A DNA stretch of 64,000 nucleotides, taken from NCBI RefSeq assembly GCF_006345805.1, contig NC_043001.1:119598001-119662000 (forward strand), in the 5' to 3' direction. Both the position numbers and the translations under genes were made by a program. This DNA comes from Octopus sinensis. Its lineage: Eukaryota. The notes beneath the pieces are model-generated. The model was not told the DNA's origin. It saw only the letters and a list, made by a program, of their open reading frames with translations, and did no database searches. Position 1 is the stretch's first letter. Each line of letters begins with the position of its first letter. Shown here in pieces: positions 41,953-54,420 of the stretch.

Positions 41953-42000
41953 CTTATCAAGAAATATATAAACTGGAAAGTTTATATATTTCTTGATAAG
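41953..42000. repeat. Perfect 22-bp inverted repeat with a GGAA loop
   Basis: CTTATCAAGAAATATATAAACT-GGAA-AGTTTATATATTTCTTGATAAG. Confidence 0.95.
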
Positions 42001-42571
42001 GTACGCGATTTGAATTGCACTAGAAAGCCATTTACTGCTGTAAGTGATGAAAGTAGAAATGTCTATCGGGGTTTTCTTTATTCCACGTCTAGTCAAGCCA
42101 GAATAATTTGAATGTCTCACTTTGGTCCGAAGATGGAAGCGAGATAGTCGTGTAACGATTTGTGAATTTTTAGCTTCCAATAAATATATGCCTGTGTATG
42201 TGTGTGTACATGCACGTGCGCATGCGCAATGTGTGCGCGTGTGAAATGTGCGTGCGTATGCTATGTGTGTGTGTGTGTGCGTACATGTGAGAAACAGCGT
42301 ACCTATGATACGTATATATATAGTATGCCTGAGAGAAATACCTCAACAATAAAGTCTCTCATATTTACACACATACACACACGCACACACAATGCAAGAA
42401 CTTGGGGTAATGGTTGATTGATGATTTTTTTTAACAAGTATACATGGTGCGGACTTGAATGTTTAAGGTCTTTAAATCCAGCAGAGGAAAGCAACACAGA
42501 TGCGTCGGTCTGACACAGATTTCTCAGGAAATCATACACTGTTCAGATGAGATAACAAAAGTAAACAATGT

Positions 42572-42609
<38 letters not shown>

Positions 42610-42813
42610 GTAAAGGAATTACGAACGAAGAATTCAAATACAAAACTAATGTTCAAGGGACGTTCATGGTAAATATTTTAATTTTGTCGCTCGGTAAGTG
42701 TAAAAGTATGACCTTTCGGGCATGGTTCTTCGTCGGATATGGAGAACAAAGACCAAAAGAGAGGAGAAAGGGGAAAGGAAATGAGATAGAAACAAAGAAT
42801 CAGGAATATGTAT

Positions 42814-42847
<34 letters not shown>

Positions 42848-42887
42848 AAGAGAGAGTATAAACATATATATATATTGTTCTTATCTT

Positions 42888-43050
42888 CTACTTGTTTCAT
42901 TGATTAGGCTGAGTAAATCGACCGCCGAACTAATTTTTAGGGCTGGTACTTATCCTATCTTTCTCTCTTTCCGAATCGCTAAGTTACGTGGATGTAGACC
43001 GATCAACATCGGTTGTCAACCGATGGTGGGCAACAAACACAAACACAAGG

Positions 43051-43060
<10 letters not shown>
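42888..43060 (-). mobile_element. Family B SINE 3' half
   Basis: Homology to 31760-31950. Confidence 0.75.
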
Positions 43061-43093
<33 letters not shown>

Positions 43094-43369
43094 CACATAC
43101 ACACATACACAACTAGTTGAAATACCTCTTCTTGCTCGAGTTGAAAACTCGTGGAATTAACAGTAACGTTGGAAAGTAATTTATTTAACTTATAGTAAAT
43201 CTTTTCGAAAAACACTCGGCTAAATTTCTGACTGAGTATAGATTGCAGGCTTTTCTTAAGTATTTTTAAAGATTAATTTTTAAGATATCAAAGTTTTAAA
43301 TACATGTGAGTTCATTTCTGCAAAAATATTATAAAGAAACTCAAATCTTTTTAATCCTCCAGTTCCAAT

Positions 43370-44190
43370 TTAAACGGACGTAATTTTTACCCTAATCCGA
43401 AACTGTTGCCAAGAGCAAACACCAAACCCTAACTTTAGATGCGAGCCCTTAGCCCTCACCTTATACCCTAACTGTAAACCCTAATCCTAATCTAATCCCT
43501 AAAACCTATACCCTGGTTCTAATCTTAAATCCTAATACTAACCCTAATCCTAAATCCAAACTGCAACCCCCGACGCAAATTTTGAAGGTAAATAGCAATT
43601 TCTTATGTTTAAAGCATATATTTCTAGAATAAAATCTTGAAAACGAAGATTACCACCACGTATTTTGAAATTAAGTGGAACAAAAGAAAAATGATAAACA
43701 ATTGTAATTTTGAAAAACCAGTCAAACTGGCGAACGTCCACGGGTGAGAGGACTCGGAAAATTCACATAGGGAATGTTCCAAGTCTTCTCAACCACCACC
43801 ACCCGCCACCTGTTCGCCAGAACGCATTTCTTTTTTCATATTCGTTTACGACATGTTGTTTTACACCTATTACACTTTTTTTTTTTCATTTTTATGACCG
43901 GGTATCGAAGTGGGGTTACTGGATCGTGTGAATTATCCGAGTCCGCACCCCCCCCCATCACAAAAAACTGAGAAAAAAAAACAGAGTACTAGGTGTAAAA
44001 TAATGTGTAGTAAACGAATATGAAGAAAAACAGTTTCGCCGACGAACGGGGAAGTGGTGAGAGGACTCGGAACATTCCCGATGTGAATTTTCCGAATCCT
44101 CTCCCCCGCTCCCCGTCGGCAGCGGGGGAGATCACTCTCATATTCGTTTAAAACATGTTGTTTTACACCTTTTGCACTATTCTTTTTTTG
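43370..44190. repeat. Composite element: degenerate CCCTAA-like run plus nested inverted repeats
   Basis: CCCTAA/CCTAAT variants at 43370-43555. Arms 43746-43893 and 43962-44103 are inverted copies, and a third partial copy lies at about 44135-44185. Confidence 0.75.
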
Positions 44191-44399
44191 TTTGTTTGTT
44201 TTGGGTTTTTTTTTAATGTTTTGTTTTGCTTTTGCTTGGGTCAAACACTGGAGTTTGAGCGAAAAACCTATTTGCAGAATTGTAATTTCTCTTGCTTAAA
44301 ACAAAAATCCGAAAAATTTTTGAAAACAAAAAAAAAAATAAAAGATCATAAAACTTACGTGGCGAGTTTATCTGAAGCTTCGTCAAACAATAATATTCG

Positions 44400-44612
44400 T
44401 TTCTAATCTAGGCACAAGGCCCGAAATTTTAGGGTGAAGTGCTAAGCAGTATTTCGTCTGTCTTTAAGTTCTGAGTTCAAATTCCACCGAGGTCGACTTT
44501 GCCTTTCATCATTTCGGAGTCGATGAATTAAGTATCAGTTGCGTACTGGGGTCGACCTAATCGACTGGTCCATCCCCCAAAGTTTCGGGCCTTGTACCTA
44601 GAGTAGAAAAGA
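44400..44612 (+). mobile_element. Family A SINE body preceded by an inverted family A tail
   Basis: TTCTAATCTAGGCACAAGGCCCGAAA on the left is the reverse complement of TTTCGGGCCTTGTACCTAGAGTAGAA on the right, with 2 mismatches. Confidence 0.8.
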
Positions 44613-44641
44613 AAAAAAAATCGATTTCAACTCGTTGCGTG

Positions 44642-44690
<49 letters not shown>

Positions 44691-44772
44691 GTAAGAGAGT
44701 TAAAGAGGAAGAAGGAGTGAAAGGACTGTTGGAGAAAGATATATAGTATGTTTAAGTTAAGCACGAATAAAT

Positions 44773-44806
<34 letters not shown>

Positions 44807-44875
44807 GTCTGTTTATCTATCTATCTGTTTATGTATCTATCTTTCTATCTGTATATGTCTGTGTGCGTTTGTATG

Positions 44876-45595
<720 letters not shown>

Positions 45596-45969
45596 ATAGA
45601 TAGATAGATAGATAGATAGATAGATTGTATGTATAAACGTACACTCTAGTTTAACTATGCGCGTGCGCACACCCCCACAGACACACACATACAAACACAC
45701 ACACATCGTCTTTACGATTTCGTTTTAATCATAGTGTGATTGCGAATATGCGTATGTATGTGAGTATAAGAGAGAAAAGGAGAGAGAGGAAGAAAGAGAG
45801 AGAAATAGAGAGTAAAGAGACATGAAAGAGAAGAGAGATGCTGTTGAGAGATATAGACGTTATGTAAGCTACGCATGTGTCTTCTGTGGATATGTGTCTT
45901 CGTGCGCGCCTGCGTGTATGTTGTGTCTTGGGGAGAAGGTCGCATCTCTCTAAACAACTTTCCGTTTCC

Positions 45970-46090
45970 GCTAATCAAATACTCTCACAAGGCTTTGGTT
46001 AACCCGGAGCTAAAGTAAAAGATACTTGTCCAAGGTGCCACTCGAAACCAACGTGGTTGAGGAACAAGCTTCTTAACATACAGTTATACC
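45970..46090 (-). mobile_element. Family B SINE 5' fragment
   Basis: CTCACAAGGCTTTGGT..GATACTTGTCCAAGGTGCCA. Confidence 0.65.
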
Positions 46091-46466
46091 TGCATCTACA
46101 TATACGTGTGTATGTGTAATATATGTGTGGGGGTGTATGCGTGTATGTTTCTGTGTGTGTGTATGTATGTATGTATGTATGTATGTATGTATGTATGTAT
46201 GTATGTATGTATGTATGTGAGGTTAATGAGTAATAATAATAATAGAATATACAAAAGGGATAAGTTTCCACGAAGAAATTATTAGTCAAACTCTTGAAAG
46301 GAAAAAGAAAGTGTCTTTGACGTTTTGGGTATTTGTTCTTTATCAGAATAACAAAAAAGGAGGAAACGTGGCGGAAAGTAGAGAAGAGGAACGAGAGAGA
46401 ATGTGGTATATGTGAGAGTGAGGCGTAAATAAAAAAAAATGTGAGCAAAACTGCCTTGTAGGTGAA

Positions 46467-46527
<61 letters not shown>

Positions 46528-47689
46528 CACTCACATATTTATGTACGTACGTAACTATGTATGTACGTACGTGCATATGTATTTATATATCTATAATCAA
46601 TCTGAATGTCTCGAAGACTTTACACCTGTATTACAACAATTTGTAATCGTCGTAACTTACGAAATATACACTGAAAAATTATCCTTAAATAACGAACTGA
46701 ACTAGGGTTTTTTTGTGTGTCATTCAACTATTTAGCATTTGCTTTTTTTTGTAATCGATAGAAGCAGTTTCAAGTTTGCAGCTTATCGAAGGAAGGAGTA
46801 GTTGGCATATAGGAAATAGCAATGTACTTAAATAGCTGTAATTCCTGCAATACAGAAATGTATCTTAGACAATCATGATGGAAGATGCACTGATAGTGCC
46901 ACAGTGAAAGATCCATTAACCGGCTGAGTGAGGTTAATCGACGAATGACAGCAATTTGAAACATAAAGCGAGGCTTAAAATTCCGTTTACATTCACTAAC
47001 CGTTCTTTATGCGTATAGAATGTTCGCACAGACACTCATCGAAAAATGTCTTGAATTTGTTCAATAATGCACTAGAAGAAATATTAGGGGTTGGTGTGGA
47101 GTTGCTAATCTATAGCGGAAAATGAAAATGTTAAAATTTATTCGTCCGATTTTTCATGACTTCTCTTAAGACTCTACCTGAAAGATCAGCAGTCAGAAGG
47201 CCAGTGAGCTGATACTTCTAAACAAATTTTTCCGACCCGATTCATTGGATTGAAGGCAGCGCATAATAAGAAGCTATTCATCTTCTCGAACCCTATTACG
47301 GTGATTTATTCTTGCCTGGTTAGCTTTTCATACGTGTTAACTATCCACTGGGGTTTGATTCTAAAGGTCAGGTTACTTTCTTCATAGAGAAAGGTCGATG
47401 TTATTATTTGGCTAGCATAATCTTTGCTTAAAACCTGTATTTTTCTAATCTGTATAGTGCAGTGATTCAGAGACAGGCTAAAAGTGTTTTTAAAACTGAC
47501 GAGATGCAGTAAAATATAATGGGAAACATTGGTGTTATTATTACAATACAGAAAGTGTTACGCCTAGATACCAATAAGCTGTTAATGTAAGAGATTATAC
47601 TTAAGCGGAAAGAATACCTTGTTAAAGTAATGTTTCCATCGAATATTTACGCTCTTTTCAAATATATTTGATCTTAATATAAATGTAAA

Positions 47690-47815
47690 TTCATTTTGCC
47701 TTTCATCCTTCCGCTGGATAAGGGGTCGATAAAATAAATACCAGTTTAACACTTGGGTCGATGTAATCCACTTATTCTCACTCCTAGAATTGCTGGCTTT
47801 GTGCTAACATTTGAA
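47690..47815 (+). mobile_element. Family A SINE 3' half
   Basis: TTTGCCTTTCATCCTT..GGGGTCGATAAAATAAATACCAGTT. Confidence 0.75.
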
Positions 47816-48779
47816 ATCAATATAAATGTAAAATCATTTATTTGTTCATCTAGCAGTGAAATTCTACAACGTGTAACTTCCTCTAAAAATGCCTACATAG
47901 CAAGGAGCGCAACTTATTCCTCACTCAATATGAACCCTTAAAAATATTTTAAAGTAGAGCAGGATTTGTGTCATCTCCTGATGCTTCACATCAAACTTCG
48001 CCCTAATTAACTTTAAAATATATATGTGCGTGCGTGCGTGTGTGTGTGTGTGTCTGCGTGTTTAAAATTCAGCCTTGAATATAATAGATTCTAGAAAATA
48101 AAAGAATATAATATCCTTATTTAATTTGAATGTCCCATGATAAAATCGATAGATGAAAAATGTTTGCAAAATATAGTTTAATCACTTCGAAGAAACGTAC
48201 ATTGAAGCAGTCGCTTGCACTTTTAATATATTGATTTCTTATATAAGTAAAAGACTTCAAATTTTAGGTGTGGTTGGAGTCGATTACTGGATGATACTTA
48301 TTTTATCGAACTAGGCAGGGGGAATATCAAAGTTTCCCTCAGTGTTCTCAGTGCAGAAAATAAACACACACACACACACACATATACATATGCATTTGAA
48401 GAAAGATTTTCTTGAAAAATTATCAATTTTATAAAACATCTTAAATAAAAAACAAGACACAAATATTTTGGAAACAAGTGTCCGTAACATGTAAACGCTT
48501 TCGCTGTTTACAGTGTTTCAAACACACGTGGTGTAATCTATATAGAGGAAGCTGTTTTTAGCAGCAATGTTGACTATTTCCGGTTTGGTTTCCGATTGAG
48601 AATTAAACGTTTAATGTTAGAATAGCATTAGTTTCATAGCAGCTACGAATGCTTCTGCAGTTTTCTGCTTCAACCCGATTGTTATTTTATTTAAACTCAT
48701 ATATACCGATATTTTTATTGTCTTCTTCCGCTTTACTTGGCGAAATACATACCAACTTATCTTATCAATATTATGTAAT

Positions 48780-48925
48780 TACATCAAATTCCGCCAAGGT
48801 CAACTTTGCCTTTCATCCTTTCGCGATTGATAAAATAAGTACCAATCGAGTATTGGGGTCGATATAATCGACTTATCCCCTCCCCCGAACTTACTAGCTT
48901 TGTGCCAAAATTTGAAAATAATATT
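48780..48925 (+). mobile_element. Family A SINE 3' two-thirds
   Basis: TCAAATTCCGCCAAGGTCAACTTTGCCTTTCATCC... Confidence 0.8.
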
Positions 48926-49284
48926 ATATATATGAATTCTCTGCAGCCATAGATTACATTTAACAGAACTACATATCGTCAATATTAAAACGTTGGTCTC
49001 AGAAAGCAGATAGCTGGGAGTTCGTATGTACTGCTGCATAAAAAATACGCCTGTGTGTGTATGTGTGTGTGTCTGTGTTATATTTGTCTCTCCATGTTCT
49101 GAGTTCAAATACCATGAGGATCTTACATTTCTTTAAGATTTAAGAAAATATGTAGCAGTCATGCGCAATGAGATTTTTTTTTTTTGAATGAATGAATGTG
49201 TTACAGCATTTAGAGTAGTTTTTTATGTTCTGTGTTAAAATATGGCTGAGTTCAGTTTTGCTTTCCATTGCAGTTTGGAATAAA

Positions 49285-49505
49285 CGTAATACTATAAGAA
49301 GGTGGCAAGTTGACAGAATCGTTGGCATGCCGAATAAAATGCTTCTTCCGGTTTTACATTCTAAGTTCAAATTTGACTTTGCTTTTTCTCATTTAAGAGT
49401 CGCTAAACTAAGAACCACTCGATCACTGGGGTCATGTAATCGACTATCTCACCCCCACCCCACCACCCAAAATTTTAAGGCCTTTCGCCTTTTGTAGAAA
49501 GAATT
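49285..49505 (+). mobile_element. Family A SINE
   Basis: Head GGTGGCAAGTTGACAGAATCGTTGGCATGCCG, then body and tail. Confidence 0.75.
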
Positions 49506-49547
49506 ATTCTATTGAAAGAAACCATTGTTATAAAACTTCAACAAAGA

Positions 49548-49700
49548 ATCTATTCTGCTCTAGGCACAAGGCCCGAAATTTTGGGGGTAGGGGCCAGTCG
49601 ATTAGATCGACTTCAGTACGCAACTGGTACTTAATTTATTGACCCGAAAGGATGAGAGGCAAAATCGACCTCGGCGGAATTTGAAATCAGGACGTAAAAC
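49548..49700 (-). mobile_element. Family A SINE, tail-to-tail with the previous copy
   Basis: TAGGCACAAGGCCCGAAATTTT..GACCTCGGCGGAATTTGAA. Confidence 0.85.
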
Positions 49701-50679
49701 AAACTTCAACAAAGAATGGTTTAAAACATTTTTGCAATGTATGCAATATACAAAGAAACCAATTTAAACTGAATTTGCGTCTTTATAAATTGCAACAGAA
49801 TTATTTGAAAAAGAAAAAAAGTAGAATAATGGTGGGAACAATTCTTTATCAAATGTATTCAGGCCCATAAGAACACTTGAACTCAACATCTACTGGCTAA
49901 CAAAACATTCATCAATTTCACAATGTTCTTACTTCTTACAAAAGTGATGGGTGTAAACCTATATTGCTTATATACAACTAATCATTGAGTTTGAGGATTA
50001 TTTTCCATAGACGCGAATACAAACTATTTACTTAGCTGGTTTGTATTCAAGCTTTTATGAAATCAACCAGAAATGACTCTCCATAAAATCTGCTGTTTTG
50101 TACAGTTTCTCATAAAAGCATTGATTATATTAAAACATATTTAAAATTAGAATCTTTTTAGGCATGCTTTCTAGGTTAATCCCAATGGAGCTAATTTTGT
50201 ATTTCATTTTTAACAAAATGATACCAGTAATATACTAATGTTTATTTATTTAACTATACTCCACAACTGCAAAATTTGTACTTATACAGTGTGGTAAACA
50301 ATCGATTTTAAGATCTTTCGTCTGAATCTATTAATAAATAACTGTTACTTTACATTGCTTTCAATGAATTTGTTAACCTACGTCAGTTACAACTTTTGTT
50401 ATTATAATGAAAATTAATGAAATATTCATAAACATCTTTTTGTCAAGGAAGGATTTGCGGTATTAGAAAATTAATTGCACAGACAAAACCTCCTCAGATC
50501 CCCCTTAATGAATTAGTTGCCTATAGACTAACTTTCAGATTAACATCAATTCTACGGTCATTCACTAAACAGCAGTAATTGGTTTTAGGCAAAACAATTA
50601 TCAGCCAAAGAAACTGAAGTTACGTAAACTGATGAAAATAATTGGCTACCATTCAAGGTTCATGAAAAAAAATGATGTC

Positions 50680-50790
50680 AACAACAACAACAACAGTAAT
50701 AATAATAATAATAACAATAATAATAATAACAACAACAACAATAATAATAATAATAACAATAATAATAATAATAACAACACCAACAACAAC

Positions 50791-50855
<65 letters not shown>
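50680..50855. repeat. (AAT)/(AAC)n microsatellite
   Basis: Seen directly. Confidence 0.95.
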
Positions 50856-50857
<2 letters not shown>

Positions 50858-50978
50858 CAAAAAGCAGCCTTAGTGGGCAGAGCGCACATCTTAAGGAAAG
50901 TATTATCTATCTGGGGTCCTTGTGACTTGACATACGACTAAAAACGCTGGTGCATTTTTTCCTACACTGTGTTACGAA
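50856..50978 (+). mobile_element. Extreme 3' end of an R4/Dong element, flanked by (AAT)n on both sides
   Basis: MQKAALVGRAHILRKVLSI and 3' UTR GGTCCTTGTG..CCTACACTGTGTTACGAA, homologous to 8610-8738. Confidence 0.88.
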
Positions 50979-51000
50979 ATAATAATAATAATAATAATAA

Positions 51001-51582
51001 GCGTATATTACTTCTTTATACTCTTCTCGGGTCCATTTGTTCCGCTTACATTTTTCTTTCTGTGGTGGTTGTGGTGGTGAACTTGGAGGGCTCGAGTTGG
51101 GGAATTTCCCGTTCAAGTGACCATCCATGTCCGTATTCGGAGAAGAGTTTGTGCCAGTTGATGACTTTTCGATCCCAGGCTGGCTCTTCCCTGGGGGGGG
51201 GGGCTTCCAGATTAACCATAGGACAAGCGATTTGGTATAATGTGGCATCTCAAGGCGGTTACAATACCAGTGATCGTAGGAGCACTAGGAATGATCAAGA
51301 AGGGAACCGAAAATTATATGAAAATGATCCCTGGCTTACCATCCCTGCAAGAAATGCAAAAGATTGTCTTAACTGGTACATCACACGTATTGAGAAGAGC
51401 ATTGTCGCTGTGAGAGCTGTTACTGTCCATGTATTTTAATTTAACGCTAAAAAAAAATATTTTTTTGATGAACGAACTATTGAGTTTGGTTTAATGGCCT
51501 ACCAATGTATACTATGAGTTTCTTTGCCCTAGGAGTCGGGAAGACGCTCGGCAAGAAATGGAAGCAAATTTGAAGGAAGAAA
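51001..51582. mobile_element. R4/Dong element: inverted ORF N-terminal fragment fused to a sense 3' end
   Basis: 51001-51195 on the minus strand reads ..QKEKCKRNKWTREEYKEVIYA. 51205-51413 on the plus strand reads MWHLKAVTIPVIVGALGMIKKG..MQKIVLTGTSHVLRRALSL*. The 3' UTR runs into (AAT)n. Confidence 0.8.
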
Positions 51583-51959
51583 AATAATAATAATAATGAT
51601 GATGATAATAATAATAATAAAGGTACATTCAGTAGTGATTATTAAAATAAAGCTGTGTATTTAACACATTCATATACACTTCAGTGCAGAAATTCCTTCG
51701 TTGCTGTAACAATCTTCGATGATAAATTCACTTTATAGACAATGCGTATGAAAAACACTGTGAGATGGATTATGAATGATCGGACTGTAGAAGACGCATT
51801 TCTACGTCGTTACAATTCACCAGCCAGAACCAAATCTGTCACTCATAGCCCACAAAGAACTTCCGCTCTTATATGCAAACAGCAAATAATAAAATTTGCT
51901 AGCGTGTGCAAAGCTTTATAAAGCAAAGGTTAATTAAAGGCATATTATAAAGCAGTAAT

Positions 51960-52280
51960 TAACAATTCACAGGGAAGTGAAACAAGGCTGTGTGTGCTCG
52001 CCCTCACCTTATTTGGCATGTCTTTTGCTGTCATGCTGACAGTATTTACCTCCACACAAGACCAAACTGGAACCTGGTCAGTCTATCTCGATTGAGTATG
52101 CAAGATGCTCATCAAGGGCTGTTTATATATAAAGTGGCATGTGCAACACACTCTGAGGGACAACTGTAATGCCTCATGGGCAATCTTACAAGAGCCTGTC
52201 AAATCTTCGGCTTGACCATCAGTCTGGAGGCAAAATTACTGGGTCAATATGCTGAGCATTTGCGTACCTACACCACCAAT
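51960..52280 (+). mobile_element. RTE (BovB-like) reverse transcriptase fragment
   Basis: VKQGCVLALTLFGMSFAVML ... ATHSEGQL*CLMGNLTRACQIFGLTISL. Confidence 0.75.
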
Positions 52281-52394
52281 TAAAGCCTATTCATACAAAA
52301 ACGTGTTACAAGGAGATTGCAAAAGCAACTGCGGTCGTACATACAAAGTTGTGTAAAAAAATCGAGGGTTCGGGCAAAATATGTTATACAATAT

Positions 52395-52572
52395 ATTATG
52401 ATATATTAATTTTTCCAGCAGTGTGGTTAGACGCTTGCTTCTTAACCACATTGTTCTGGGTTCAGTCCCACTGCGTGATACTTTGGGCAAGTGTCTTCTA
52501 CTGTAGCCTCGGGTCGACCAAAGCCTTGTGTGTGGATTTGGTAGGCGGAAACTGAAACAAGCCTGTCGTATA
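52395..52572 (+). mobile_element. Family B SINE 5' half; its 3' half appears at 53555-53730
   Basis: Head, CORE-like segment and GGAAACTGAAAC, ending at the internal microsatellite. Confidence 0.85.
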
Positions 52573-52579
52573 TACATAC

Positions 52580-52629
<50 letters not shown>

Positions 52630-52744
52630 TTAGAGATAAAACCACTATTAGGCAAATCATACAATGAAAAACTTAAGCCAATACATAAGATTAATTAATT
52701 TATATTATTTAAATATATATCAAAATTATTAAAAAAGATAATTA

Positions 52745-52822
52745 ATATAACACTACGATCGTTTCATGGCTGTTCAATTCTTAAAATTTTCGAGTTACAG
52801 TCATTCTTCAGGTGGTTTACAT
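52745..52822 (-). ncRNA. Type I hammerhead ribozyme with an intact core, in a Penelope-type terminal repeat
   Basis: Minus strand: ATGTAAACCAC-CTGAAGA-ATGACTGT...ACAGCCAT-GAAA-CGATCG-TA-GTGTTATAT. Stem III is the self-complementary ACGATCGT, and the cleavage triplet is GTA. Confidence 0.8.
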
Positions 52823-53073
52823 ATTTAACTTGGCGAGGTTTAATCAATGAGAGAAATATTGATCAGCAACAATTGACTAACATCAGTATTTCCCCATTTT
52901 CTATTTAAATGAAATTCTTGATAAACTCATGTTTATTTTGTCATTACCTGTAACCTATGAGCATAATGCGCTTGCATATATATGTCCAGGGTTAACATAG
53001 GTAATTATACGGGAAGTATAACGGCTATTTTTAACCCTTAGACGGTTATTCCAACCTTTAACTCTACTAACCT

Positions 53074-53146
<73 letters not shown>

Positions 53147-53554
53147 ATGTATGTATGTATGTATGTATGTATGTATGTATGCATATGCTTGTATATGCAT
53201 CTATCTATCTATCTATCTATCTATCTCTCTCTCTCTCTCTCTCTTTATATATATATACATGAAAATATAAATATTATTAAAAGAATATTAATATCCAGCA
53301 CCATATAATTATAATTATAAAAATATAATGCAGGTGTACACGAAGTACGATCATTGCTAGAAACAGCAGCCGGTAAGTTTACGGCGCAATGTTTACAGGC
53401 AGAGATGTGTGCGGGCGGTGAATATAGGAAAACTCTGTATGTATGTATGTATGTATGTATGTATGTATGTATGTATGTATGTATGTATGTATGTATGTAT
53501 GTATGTAGGCATGTATATATGTATGCATGCATGTGTGTATGTCTCTATATCTGT

Positions 53555-53730
53555 GTTTGTCCACCTCCTCCGCTTGACAACTGATGGTGGTGTGTCTACG
53601 TCCCTTTAGCTTGTCAGTTCGGTACAAATAAGCCCTAGGGTCGATTTGTTCGACTAAAACCTTTCAGAGCAGTACCCCAGTATAGCTGCAGTCAAATTAA
53701 TGAAACAAGTGAAAGATAAAAGATAAATAT
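53555..53730 (+). mobile_element. Family B SINE 3' half
   Basis: GTTTGTCC..GCTTGACAACTGATGGTGGTGTG..GGGTCGATTTGTTCGACTAAA..GAAACAAGTGAAAGATAAAAGA. Confidence 0.75.
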
Positions 53731-54019
53731 GTAAGTTAATGTAAAAATATACGTAGATAAAATTAAATTGATTAAAACACAGATCAAATAATGGCAACCC
53801 ATCCACACACGGATGAGGGGCCGCCACGTTTGATGCTGGAAATTAGGACCCTTCTGCTTTCATTTCTCGAAAAGTCGATTGTACAACCCAGATGTCGCAA
53901 GGGGGTAGAAAAGACCCTCCCTTTTGGTGATTGAAATATAACAGTTAACAGCCATTTAATTTGGTTTTCAGCAACAGACTGCGCCATCTCAATCGGAATC
54001 CACAAATCGCAAATCTATA

Positions 54020-54420
54020 CTTGATCTTTTTCTAAGTCCTCTTGCATAACTGCTCAAGAGAAAATGGGTCCTTTTCGCACGATCTGCTCACCTTTTGTCT
54101 GGATTCCTTTTGATTTTTGTAAGAATTACAAAGAGAATTACTCCTGGTAATTCTCTGTGTAATTCTGCTGCGCCTGGTAATTCTCTGTGTTCTCATTGTC
54201 GTAAGGGGACAGGGGTGGTACTGTTGTTTGTGGTCAAAGGAAGTGACCTCCAAGCTGTCGGCTTCTGGTATTAAGGGAGGAGCGATTTATTTGATTATAC
54301 ACGAAGCTGCAACTAGCAGTGCGACTGGTGATGCTCTGAAAACAATAACTTCTGGGAAATATTGTTGTTGAATCCTTTGCGGTTAGTTTCTTTCTCTGTT
54401 TTCCCAAATACTATAGGCAG
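54020..54420 (-). mobile_element. Possible decayed R4/Dong ORF N-terminal fragment
   Basis: AYSIWENRERN loosely resembles the R4/Dong N-terminal TY.IWR.RN motif. Heavily broken. Confidence 0.3.

Noticed and set aside
43370-43555. True telomere or chromosome-fusion site
   Set aside because: The units are highly degenerate, short and one-directional, with no head-to-head TTAGGG/CCCTAA junction.
48490-48512. Small hairpin with a GAAA tetraloop on the minus strand
   Set aside because: It is too short, with no ribozyme core or other context.
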